From Dehalococcoidia bacterium (lineage in GTDB: Bacteria; Chloroflexota; Dehalococcoidia; UBA2979): 64,000 nucleotides of DNA. The stretch is taken from contig JAWKPL010000001.1 of the NCBI GenBank assembly GCA_041390685.1, positions 73,784-137,783 of the forward strand, given 5' to 3'. The translations under genes were made by a program, and so were the position numbers. Numbering within the stretch: position 1 is the stretch's first letter; each line of letters opens with the position of its first letter. The notes below the pieces were generated by a model. It was not told the origin of the DNA and ran no database searches. It saw only the letters and a list, made by a program, of their open reading frames with translations. Below are positions 1 through 8,201 of the stretch, one piece after another.

Positions 1-693
1 GTCGGCGTTGCCGTCATCTTCCCGGTCGTCTTCTCCATCGCCAGCGCCTACACCCGCCGCGAGGAGGCCCTGCGCAGCTTCGCCGCCATCAAGGCGGACG
101 CCGCCTCCCTCTACTACGCCCACCGTGACTGGACCATCGACAACACCGGCCTGGGCGCCACCCGAACGGCACTCGTCCAGGAGCTGCTCACCGCGATCGG
201 CGCGTATTTCGCCACGCCCCCCGAACGACAGCGCCCCGCTCTCCAGCGCGTCTACGCCGCCTTCAGCGACGTCTCGGGATCCTATCGCGACCTCCGCGCC
301 GCGGGCGTCTCGGGCAGCGAGGTCTCACGCCTCGGTGCCTACCTCCGCGAACTCATGACGGAGTTCGAGGCGATGCGCAACGTTGCCCACTACCGCACCC
401 CGGTCACGCTCCGCGCCTTCAGCAGGTTCTTCCTCACGCTCTTCCCCGTGCTCTTCACGCCGTACTTCGCCTACGTCGGCTACCCCGAGCATCCGGTCAT
501 CGGCTACTGCTTCGCATGTGTCTACGGCATCGTCCTCGTCGGCCTCGACAACGTGCAGGAGGAACTCGAGAACCCCTACGACGGCCTGGGCCCGGACGAC
601 CTCCGTCTCACGATCGCCAGTGAGTTCGTCGATCTCCTCGTGTGCCCCACCGAGGCTACACCCGCGTTCGAGCCCGCCAGCCGCCCGCGTTGA
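1..693 (+). CDS. 5'-truncated membrane protein, bestrophin/UPF0187-like (C-terminal ~230 aa present)
   Basis: Frame 1 is open from nt 1 to the stop at 693. The hydrophobic segments and the C-terminal 'ELENPYDG...DDL' motif resemble the bestrophin/YneE family. Family assignment is from memory. Confidence 0.45.
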   Translation, partial: VGVAVIFPVVFSIASAYTRREEALRSFAAIKADAASLYYAHRDWTIDNTGLGATRTALVQELLTAIGAYFATPPERQRPALQRVYAAFSDVSGSYRDLRAAGVSGSEVSRLGAYLRELMTEFEAMRNVAHYRTPVTLRAFSRFFLTLFPVLFTPYFAYVGYPEHPVIGYCFACVYGIVLVGLDNVQEELENPYDGLGPDDLRLTIASEFVDLLVCPTEATPAFEPASRPR

Positions 694-694
694 A

Positions 695-1090
695 CTAGAT
701 CGGCAGCGCCACTACCTCGCCGAGGACCGCCACCACCCCCGCGTCTGCATCGACGACTACGATCTCGCCATCGGAGACCGCCTCCGTCGCACCCGCCGCC
801 GCCACAATACAGGGCACGCCAGCTTCTCGCGCCAGCGTTCCGAGGCTGCACAGCACCCCGCCCCGCTCCGCCACCACCGCGGCCACCCGTCCGAGCGTGG
901 CTCCTGCCTCGGGCCACGCGCACCGTAGGACGGCAACTTCACCGTCCTGGACCATCGCCAACTCCGCCTCCTCGCGCATGACGCGCGCGCGGCCCATCGC
1001 CCGCCCCCGCGAAGCGCACGTCCCGCGCGCCAGGACAACCATCGAGGACCCGTCGGACGTCAGTTCCATGCTCGCGAGGATCGCCGCCAA
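695..1090 (-). CDS. stand-alone PEP-utilising-enzyme mobile-domain protein (start uncertain)
   Basis: 'GGVLCSLGTLAREAGVPCIVAAAGATEAVSDGEIVVVDADAGVV' matches the PEP-utilisers phosphohistidine domain. Leu occupies the position of the usual phospho-His. Confidence 0.45.
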   Translation of the reverse strand: MAAILASMELTSDGSSMVVLARGTCASRGRAMGRARVMREEAELAMVQDGEVAVLRCAWPEAGATLGRVAAVVAERGGVLCSLGTLAREAGVPCIVAAAGATEAVSDGEIVVVDADAGVVAVLGEVVALPI

Positions 1091-1377
1091 GAGTTAACGC
1101 CCGATGATCACCACCCATGACGCCCGCCCAGTCTGCGGTGCCTCGAGGTGAGCAGAGGCCAGCGCCCGCATCTGCGAGCGAGATGCAGCTTGAGAACGAC
1201 CTCCTCACAACGGGGTCAAAGGGGCGAAGCCACCTCCCGGGGCCGGTCGCCAGGCGGGGTCTTCCGAACACCAGCAACCACGCGCACGGCTTCGCAGCGC
1301 GCCGCCCGACCAATACGAATCGAGGACGCAACAATCACCCCGACACGCGAGACCGTCGGAATGGCGCCCTCAGGCGC

Positions 1378-1749
1378 CTACCCCGCCGTCGGCGCGGACG
1401 ACCAGCCCTCGGGCGCCGGCAACCACATCTCCGCCCACGTCGCGAGCGCCTCAACCACAGGCCGCAGCGCCTGCCCCTTCGCCGTCAACCGATACTCGAT
1501 CCGCACCGGCGTCTCCGGGAACACGATACGCTCCGCCAGACCCTCGGCCTCGAATTCCTTCAGCCGCTCCGAAAGCAACCGGTCGCTCATCCCCGGGACC
1601 GCCTCCCGCAGCTCCGAGAACCGCCACATGCCCGCGAGCATCGCCCGCAGGATCGCTCCGCTCCAGCGCCGTCCCACCAGCTCCACAGCCTGGTGGTACC
1701 GAGGACAGAACGCCCCCAGCTCCGACTCCGCATCCGTATCGATCGTCAT
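1378..1749 (-). CDS. HxlR-family winged-helix transcriptional regulator
   Basis: Conserved 'CP...LVGRRWSGAILRAML...FSEL' HxlR signature; ~120 aa. Confidence 0.85.
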   Translation of the reverse strand: MTIDTDAESELGAFCPRYHQAVELVGRRWSGAILRAMLAGMWRFSELREAVPGMSDRLLSERLKEFEAEGLAERIVFPETPVRIEYRLTAKGQALRPVVEALATWAEMWLPAPEGWSSAPTAG

Positions 1750-1851
1750 ACGGAAAACTTACCACTAATAAGCCACTTGACAAGCATCATCTACTGATAC
1801 ATCATCAACTTACGAACCGTAAGCCACCACCGAAGCGTAAGGAGAACCGAG

Positions 1852-2406
1852 TTGCCCGCCCCGACCACCGACACCGCGACGGCCGCCTACGCCATCGACG
1901 CCTACCACTCCTCCGCCGAGTTCGCCGTCAAGCACATGATGGTCGCGACGACCCGAGGGCGCTTCACCGACCTCGAGGGCGTCATCCACCTCGATGAGGC
2001 CGACCCCGCGCGTTCCTCCGTCGAGGCTGTCATCCGCACCTCCAGCGTCGACACCGGCGTCGAGTTCCGCGACAACGACCTCCGCTCCGACAACTTCTTC
2101 GATGTCGAACGCTACCCGGAGATCCGATTCCGCAGCACCCGCGTCGAACCCGGCAAGGACGACCGCTGGCTCGTCCACGGCGACCTGACGATCCGCGACG
2201 TCACCCGCCCCGTCATCCTCGATACCGAGCTCGAAGGCCGTGGCCAGGGCATGCAGGGCGAGGACCGCGTCGGCTTCACCGCCACCACCGCCATCGACCG
2301 CCGCGAGTTCGGCCTCAACTACAACGCCGTCCTCGAGACCGGTAGCCTCGTCGTCAGCGACCGCGTCCGCATCACCCTCCACATCGAGGCCGCCCGCCAG
2401 CCCTAG
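1852..2406 (+). CDS. YceI-family protein
   Basis: 'HSSAEFAVKHMMV..VRGRF' and 'DVERYPEIRF' are typical YceI-like. An 'aaggagaa' ribosome-binding site lies upstream of a TTG/GTG start. Confidence 0.85.
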   Translation: MPAPTTDTATAAYAIDAYHSSAEFAVKHMMVATTRGRFTDLEGVIHLDEADPARSSVEAVIRTSSVDTGVEFRDNDLRSDNFFDVERYPEIRFRSTRVEPGKDDRWLVHGDLTIRDVTRPVILDTELEGRGQGMQGEDRVGFTATTAIDRREFGLNYNAVLETGSLVVSDRVRITLHIEAARQP

Positions 2407-2474
2407 CGAGTCCGACGGGCCTCGCGCCACCTTCAGGTGACCGTCGTCCACCACTTCATGAGGAAGGACCATCG

Positions 2475-2969
2475 ATGTTCACGATCAACCGCCTGAACCA
2501 CGCGGTCCTCTGGGTCCGCGACGCCAACGCCGCACTCGACTTCTACCGCGACGTCCTCGGTTTCACCGTCGTCGAGTCCATCGAGGGCCGCGCCCACTTC
2601 CTGCGCGCCAGCGGCAGCGACAACCACCACGACCTCGGCCTCTTCGGCATCGGACCGGCCGCTCCCCCGCCCACCCGAGGTGAACGCGTCGGCCTCTACC
2701 ACCTCGCCTGGGAGGTCGCCACACTCCCCGACCTCGCCCACGCCCTCGTCGACCTTGCAAACGCCGGCGCGCTCACCGGCCAGTCCGACCACGGCAGCAG
2801 CCTCAGCCTCTACGCTGAAGACCCCGACGGCAACCAGTTCGAGGTCTTCTGGCTCGTTCCGCGTGAGGAGTGGGAGACCCGAGGCTTCGGCACCCGCCCT
2901 CTCGACCTCGAAGGCGAGCTCCGCCGTCGCGGCTTCGACCCCATCGACATCGACGCCATCACCCGCTGA
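2475..2969 (+). CDS. VOC-family (glyoxalase/bleomycin-resistance/dioxygenase) protein
   Basis: 'LNHAVLWVRDANAALDFYRDVLGF' is a VOC N-terminal motif. A 'gaggaagg' ribosome-binding site precedes the start. Confidence 0.85.
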   Translation: MFTINRLNHAVLWVRDANAALDFYRDVLGFTVVESIEGRAHFLRASGSDNHHDLGLFGIGPAAPPPTRGERVGLYHLAWEVATLPDLAHALVDLANAGALTGQSDHGSSLSLYAEDPDGNQFEVFWLVPREEWETRGFGTRPLDLEGELRRRGFDPIDIDAITR

Positions 2970-2998
2970 CCCGGCACACCAGAGGGAAACTTCGCTGC

Positions 2999-4363
2999 CT
3001 ACGACTTCGGCAACCACACCACCACCGCCGCACCTGCGTCGGCCGCCCGGTCGATGCGAGCCTCCCCGCCGTGCGCACGCGCCACGGACCGCACGATCGC
3101 TAGCCCGAGGCCTGTCCCCTCCCCCGCTCGCGACTCGTCCCCCCGCGTGAACCGCTCGAATGCCCGGTCGATGAACGCCCGCTCGAACCCCCCACCCGAG
3201 TCGCGGACTGCCAACTCCACCCCGTCCCCCGCGTCGTGCACCTCGATCACGACGGCGCCGGCCCCGTGCCGCAGCGCGTTGTCCACGAGGTTCGCGAGCG
3301 CCTGCTCCAGCCGGAACGCGTCGCCATCAACCGACAGCCCGTCGGGGCATCGCACCTCCACCGTCCGGCGGAGCGCGGTCGCCTCCGCCTCGAAGCGCTC
3401 CTGGACGCGCCCGCACAACGCGAGGACCGCCACCTCCTCTTGCCGCAGCTGCGCCGATCCCCCGTCGTCGTCGAGCCGCGCCAGCGTCAGCAGGTCGTCC
3501 ACCAGCCGCCGGAGGCGTCCCACCTCCTCCTCCACCGACCGCAACGCGTCCGTCGCCTCCTCCGCCGACCGAGGCCGCCGCAACGCCAGGTCCAGCTCGG
3601 TGCGCAGCGCCGCCAGCGGCGTCCGCAACTCGTGGCTCGCGTCCGCGACGAACGCGCGCTCCCGTGCGGCGCTCGCTTCCAGGCGCTCGATCATCTCGTT
3701 GAGCGTTTCGCCCAGCCGGTACACCTCGTCGTGCGCCGTCGGCAGCGGCAGACGCCGGCCGGATGCCCCGCCGCCCGCCACCTTCGCCGCCTCGACTCGC
3801 ATCCGCTCCACCGGCCTCAAAGCCGCGCCCGCGAGCGCATAGCCCGCGATCGACGTCACCGCGAGCGCAGCCGGCCCGATCAGCAGGAGCTGCGCCGCGA
3901 GCCCGGACAGCGCCTCGGCCCGGTCGTCGAGTGACGCTCCCACCACCACGACGCCCCCGTCCCCGCTCGGCCCCACGAGCAGCCTCGCCGGCGCCCCGCC
4001 CATCGCGGGGACGCCCGCCCGCTCGATGAATGACCGCCCCCGGCGCCCTCGTTCGATGTCCTCTGCCCGGATGAGCGGTCCGCCCACGACACCCGCCGAC
4101 GCGTAGGCCACCCCGCCATCCGCCCGCAGCACCTGCACAAACGCATCGTCGCCTGCTCCCGACAGGCCGGCGTCGGCCGCCACTCCCCCTCCCGCCACCA
4201 GCGCCACCACCGTGTCGGCGTGCGCCTCCAGGCCGTTGTCCACCTGTTCTAGGAGCGCCGCACTCGTGCGTGCGTACAGCACCGCCCCCACCGCCACGAG
4301 CACCAGCGCCATCGCCGCCCCAAACGTCAGCGTGAGACGCGCCCGGATCGGCAGCCGGCTCAT
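2999..4363 (-). CDS. sensor histidine kinase (two TM segments + HAMP + HisKA + HATPase_c)
   Basis: H-box 'ASHELRTPLAAL' and G-box 'GTGLGLAIV' are present. The ATG at 4363 overlaps the response-regulator stop (ATGA). The listed 643-aa ORF is an upstream in-frame extension. Confidence 0.9.
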   Translation of the reverse strand: MSRLPIRARLTLTFGAAMALVLVAVGAVLYARTSAALLEQVDNGLEAHADTVVALVAGGGVAADAGLSGAGDDAFVQVLRADGGVAYASAGVVGGPLIRAEDIERGRRGRSFIERAGVPAMGGAPARLLVGPSGDGGVVVVGASLDDRAEALSGLAAQLLLIGPAALAVTSIAGYALAGAALRPVERMRVEAAKVAGGGASGRRLPLPTAHDEVYRLGETLNEMIERLEASAARERAFVADASHELRTPLAALRTELDLALRRPRSAEEATDALRSVEEEVGRLRRLVDDLLTLARLDDDGGSAQLRQEEVAVLALCGRVQERFEAEATALRRTVEVRCPDGLSVDGDAFRLEQALANLVDNALRHGAGAVVIEVHDAGDGVELAVRDSGGGFERAFIDRAFERFTRGDESRAGEGTGLGLAIVRSVARAHGGEARIDRAADAGAAVVVWLPKS

Positions 4364-5049
4364 CGCGTTCCGGCATCCCGCAGTCGGTACCCCACACCTC
4401 GCACCGTCTCGATCGTCTCGAGGCCGAACGGTCGGTCCACCTTTTCGCGCAGGTACCGCACGTACACGTCCACCACGTTCGAACGCCGCTCGTACTCGGT
4501 GTCCCACACGCGGTCCAGCAACTGCTCGCGCGTGAGCACCTGCCCCGGACGCCGCATCAGCGCCTCGAGGAGCGCGAACTCCTTCGTCGACAGCGCAATC
4601 TCCGCGCCGCCCCGCCACACCCGCCGCGCCGCCGGGTCCAGCCGCAACCCCCCCGCCTCGAGGAGCGTCGGGCGCTCCACCGGCCCGCGCCGGGCCAGTG
4701 CCCGCATCCGCGCCAGCAGCTCCGCGAACGCGAACGGCTTCGCGAGGTAGTCGTCTGCCCCCGCGTCGAGCCCGGCCACGCGGTCGTCCACCGCGTCCCG
4801 CGCCGTCAGCATGATCACCGGCGCCCACACTCCCGCCGCGCGCATGCGCCGGCACACTTCGAAGCCATCGAGCCCCGGCAACATCACGTCGAGCAAGACC
4901 GCGTCGTACGCGTGCTCCTCCGCCATCCACACGCCGTCATCCCCGCGGTGCACGACGTCGACGACATGCCCCTCCTCGACGAGGCCGCGCCGCAGCAGCC
5001 CCGCCAGCTTGACCTCGTCTTCGACCACCAGCACCCGCATCGCGTCCAC
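4360..5049 (-). CDS. OmpR-family response regulator
   Basis: Receiver domain 'VLVVEDE...LDVMLPGLDGF' with a C-terminal winged-helix 'LTRREFALLEALMRRPGQVLTREQL'. The true start is probably MRVLVV at ~5040. Confidence 0.9.
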   Translation of the reverse strand: MDAMRVLVVEDEVKLAGLLRRGLVEEGHVVDVVHRGDDGVWMAEEHAYDAVLLDVMLPGLDGFEVCRRMRAAGVWAPVIMLTARDAVDDRVAGLDAGADDYLAKPFAFAELLARMRALARRGPVERPTLLEAGGLRLDPAARRVWRGGAEIALSTKEFALLEALMRRPGQVLTREQLLDRVWDTEYERRSNVVDVYVRYLREKVDRPFGLETIETVRGVGYRLRDAGTR

Positions 5050-5162
5050 ATTGTGGCCGAATCATGAGAATCCGATGAGAACGCGCCCGCCCGCTCTCAC
5101 GGTCGTCTCATCTCTCCCCGCTACGGTCACGTCATCACCGGCCCTCGGAAGGAGACACACCC

Positions 5163-5489
5163 GTGGAACGCAAGCAACGCTTCATCGCGATCGCCATCCC
5201 CGTGCTCGCCCTCGCCGGCCTCGGCCTCGGCGTCGCCGCCGCCCGAGGTGGTGACGGCGATGAGCCCCTCACCGGCGCCACACTCGAACGCGCGTCCGCC
5301 GCCGCCCTCGCCTACACCGGCGGCGGCCAGGTCGTCGAAGCGGAAACCGGCGACGACGGCGCCGCCTACGACGTCGAAGTCCGCCGCCCCGATGGTGCCA
5401 CGGTCGAGGTGCGCCTCGATTCCGCCTTCGCCGTCATCGGCCACGAGGCTGACGACGACAGCACGGACGACGAGTCCAGCGACGACTGA
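5163..5489 (+). CDS. PepSY-domain secreted protein
   Basis: Signal peptide followed by a PepSY-like 'YDVEVRRPDGATVEVRLDSAF'. GTG start with a 'ggaaggag' ribosome-binding site. Confidence 0.7.
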   Translation: MERKQRFIAIAIPVLALAGLGLGVAAARGGDGDEPLTGATLERASAAALAYTGGGQVVEAETGDDGAAYDVEVRRPDGATVEVRLDSAFAVIGHEADDDSTDDESSDD

Positions 5490-5517
5490 TCCCGCCCACG
5501 GAGACGAGGAGAGACAG

Positions 5518-6270
5518 ATGCCCCGACTTCGATTCGCGCCCATCGCCGCCGCCGTGGCGCTGCCTCTGCTGCTGCTCGCGGCCGCATGCGGCAACCATGA
5601 CCCGTCCGAGGACGCGCTCCCCCCGCTCCCGTCCCCGACTCCCGCCGGCCTCGATCCCGCCACCTTCGTCGCCACCGTCGACAACCCGTACTGGCCCATG
5701 ACCCCGGGCTCGCGCTGGGTCTACCGCGAGACCGACGCCGACGGCGCCGAACAGCGCGTCGAGGTGACCGTCACCGAGGACACCCGCTTCATCCTCGGCA
5801 TCACCGCCACCGTCGTCCACGACATCGTCCTCGCCGAGGACGGTGCCGTCATCGAGGACACCTACGACTGGTACGCGCAGGACCGCGACGGCAACGTCTG
5901 GTACCTCGGCGAGGACACGAAGGAATACGAAGACGGCAAGGTCGTGAGCACCGAGGGCTCATGGGAGGCCGGCGTCGACGGCGCCATTCCCGGCATCGTC
6001 ATGTTCGCCACACCTCGCCTCGACGACGTCTACCGCCAGGAGTACTACGCCGGGCACGCCGAGGACGCCGCGAAAGTCCTCAGCCTGACCGCCCGCGCCG
6101 CCGTCCCCTACGGCTCCTTCGACGCCGTCCTCCAGACCTGGGACTTCACGCCGCTCGACCTCGAGGCCCACGAGCACAAGCACTACGCCCGAGGCGTCGG
6201 ACTCGTCCTCGTCACCGACCCCGACGGCACCGTCCGCGAGGAACTCCTCACCTACACTCCCGCCCCGTAA
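5518..6270 (+). CDS. lipoprotein of unknown function
   Basis: Lipobox 'LLLLAAACGN'. Ribosome-binding site GGAG. No recognised catalytic motif. Confidence 0.7.
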   Translation: MPRLRFAPIAAAVALPLLLLAAACGNHDPSEDALPPLPSPTPAGLDPATFVATVDNPYWPMTPGSRWVYRETDADGAEQRVEVTVTEDTRFILGITATVVHDIVLAEDGAVIEDTYDWYAQDRDGNVWYLGEDTKEYEDGKVVSTEGSWEAGVDGAIPGIVMFATPRLDDVYRQEYYAGHAEDAAKVLSLTARAAVPYGSFDAVLQTWDFTPLDLEAHEHKHYARGVGLVLVTDPDGTVREELLTYTPAP

Positions 6271-6340
6271 CCCGCGCTTCCGCTACCATTCGGCGCAGTC
6301 CGCTCACTTCCCACACGCCCGAGGAGAAAGCGGTCCGCCG

Positions 6341-7249
6341 ATGCACCAGCGCCTCCGCCCGGCCACGCTCGCACTGATCGCTCTCGTCGTCGTCCTCGTG
6401 TCCGCCTGCGGGGGAGGCGACGACAGCCCCACGCCCACCGCGACCTCGACACCGCTCGTCGCCACGACGGCCACCCTCACCCCCACCGCTACGAGGACCG
6501 CGACCGCCACGCCGACCCCCACCCCCTCGCCTACGCCAACCCCGACCCCATCCGCCACCCCCGCCGGCCCCACCCCCTCCCCGCCCGCTGAGAGAGCGCG
6601 GGTCCTCTGGATGCTCCGCGACCACGGCGGCACCAACGTCGCCGTCGTCCGCTTCGCCACCAACGTCGACACCGTCGCCACCCTCACCGTCTTCGGCAGC
6701 CCCGGCGAGCCCACCGGCGTCGAGCCCCAGACCGACTCCACCTTCGCGAAAGAGCACACCATCGCCACGCCGCTCGCGCTCGGCACGCCCGTCGCGATCA
6801 GCATCACCGTCACCGACCGCAACGGCTACAAAGCCGGCGCCGTCCTCGAATACGGCAACGTCATCGTCGGCATGCAGTACTTCGGCCGCGCCCCCGGCTT
6901 CACCCCCGAATTCACCTGGACCGCCCCCTACGAGGGCACCGCCACCTGGGACGCCATCAGCACCTCCACCCCGCTCCCCCTCGGCCGCGTCCAGGTCTTC
7001 GGCAAGCGCGCCGGCTGCACCACCGCCGAGCAATGCCAGGCCACCCTCCAGGCCACCGCCACCGAGGACACCCGCACCCTCCACGAGGGCTACGAGTCAC
7101 ACTCCGTCCCCGTCACCCTCCCCACCACACCCGCCCAGGACTTCCAGCTCCTCTACACCGTCATCATCGACAACGGCCTCCAGCCCGTCAGCATCTTCTA
7201 CCAGCGCGACCTCCTCGCCGCCGAAGCCGCCGCCGGCTCCTACAACTAA
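6341..7249 (+). CDS. lipoprotein with Thr/Pro-rich linker, unknown function
   Basis: Lipobox 'LVSACGGG', then a (TPTPS) low-complexity linker and a globular C-terminal domain. Confidence 0.65.
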   Translation: MHQRLRPATLALIALVVVLVSACGGGDDSPTPTATSTPLVATTATLTPTATRTATATPTPTPSPTPTPTPSATPAGPTPSPPAERARVLWMLRDHGGTNVAVVRFATNVDTVATLTVFGSPGEPTGVEPQTDSTFAKEHTIATPLALGTPVAISITVTDRNGYKAGAVLEYGNVIVGMQYFGRAPGFTPEFTWTAPYEGTATWDAISTSTPLPLGRVQVFGKRAGCTTAEQCQATLQATATEDTRTLHEGYESHSVPVTLPTTPAQDFQLLYTVIIDNGLQPVSIFYQRDLLAAEAAAGSYN

Positions 7250-7455
7250 CCCCCCCGCGCCCCCAACAACCGCCGAGGCCACCCACCGACCTCGACCCGC
7301 GCGGGGCACAGACCGGCCGCGCATGCCGGGGAGTCGAGGAGACGGCAGCCCCCTCAGGGGCGTGGGCGGGCCCTCCGAACAACAACTGCCGGCCGCGCAG
7401 CGGCCGTCCTCATCGCGCCGCGCAGCGGCGCCCCCCGCCGCCTGCCCCGCCGAGG

Positions 7456-8100
7456 TCAGCGCAGACTGAACGGCGGATACCGGTCCGTCAGCATCAGGAA
7501 CGCATACGCCTGCACCCGCAGCCCCCACCGCCCCACACCCACCACATAGTCGAACAGCCCCCGCGGATACCGGCCCGTGAACAGAATTGCGAACCACGCC
7601 GCGATCACCGCCAGCACCGCCCCGAGGATCAAGAAGAACAGCACGATGTAATGCGGGATCGCCAGCAACCACTTCACGAGGGGCAACCACCGGTTCAGCG
7701 CACGCGCGTCCGGATAGTCCAGCTCCACGTGCACCGCCTGCTCATCCTCCGTCGACGGATACTCATCCCGCAGCAGCGCGAGGTACGCCCCCACCCTCGA
7801 GGAGAACCGAGTCAGCCCGAGCAGAAAGTCGAACCACCACCGCGGATACCGCTGCCGGAACAGGATCATCAGCGCCAGCGCGAACCCGATCCCGCCCACG
7901 ATCGTCCCGCCCGAGTCCCGCGCCGACGCCCCACCGTCCCCGATGCTCACCGCCCCGCCCCCGCCGCTGCTCACCAGCGCCAGGATCACAAAGATCGGCA
8001 CCACCCACAGCAACCGAAACGCCGAGGACACCCGGTCCAGCCGCTCCGGATACTCCACCTCCAGCCGCGCCGCATACGAGGTCACCTGCTCGTTCATCAC
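7456..8100 (-). CDS. DUF4389-domain membrane protein
   Basis: 'AIPHYIVLFFL' and 'FTGRYPRGLFDYVVGVGRWGLRVQAYAFLMLTDRYPPF' are characteristic of DUF4389. Confidence 0.8.
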   Translation of the reverse strand: MMNEQVTSYAARLEVEYPERLDRVSSAFRLLWVVPIFVILALVSSGGGGAVSIGDGGASARDSGGTIVGGIGFALALMILFRQRYPRWWFDFLLGLTRFSSRVGAYLALLRDEYPSTEDEQAVHVELDYPDARALNRWLPLVKWLLAIPHYIVLFFLILGAVLAVIAAWFAILFTGRYPRGLFDYVVGVGRWGLRVQAYAFLMLTDRYPPFSLR

Positions 8101-8201
8101 TCCACCTCACTCACCCACCAACCGAGGCCAACCGGCCCCCGCGTGCAGCGCACTTTACGCCTCGACCTACCCGCGATGTCCGAGCGCTCCGGTGGACCGA
8201 C

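Noticed and set aside
8-928. Overlapping Pro/Ser/Arg-rich ORFs 8..358 (+) and 383..928 (+), plus the minus-strand ORFs 576..923 and 757..1038 at the window start
   Set aside because: These are alternative-frame artefacts of high-GC DNA, giving low-complexity P/R/S/A-rich translations. The true frame is frame 1 (1..693) and gives a coherent membrane protein.
3327-4397. 356-aa Gly/Arg-rich ORF on the minus strand, plus the plus-strand ORFs 3054..3842 and 3236..3934
   Set aside because: They are antisense or alternative-frame to the histidine kinase and have low-complexity composition. They are not genes.
2999-4930. 643-aa minus-strand ORF spanning both the HK and the RR region
   Set aside because: It is an in-frame upstream extension running through the response-regulator gene in another frame. 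The real histidine kinase starts at the ATG at 4363, which overlaps the response-regulator stop.
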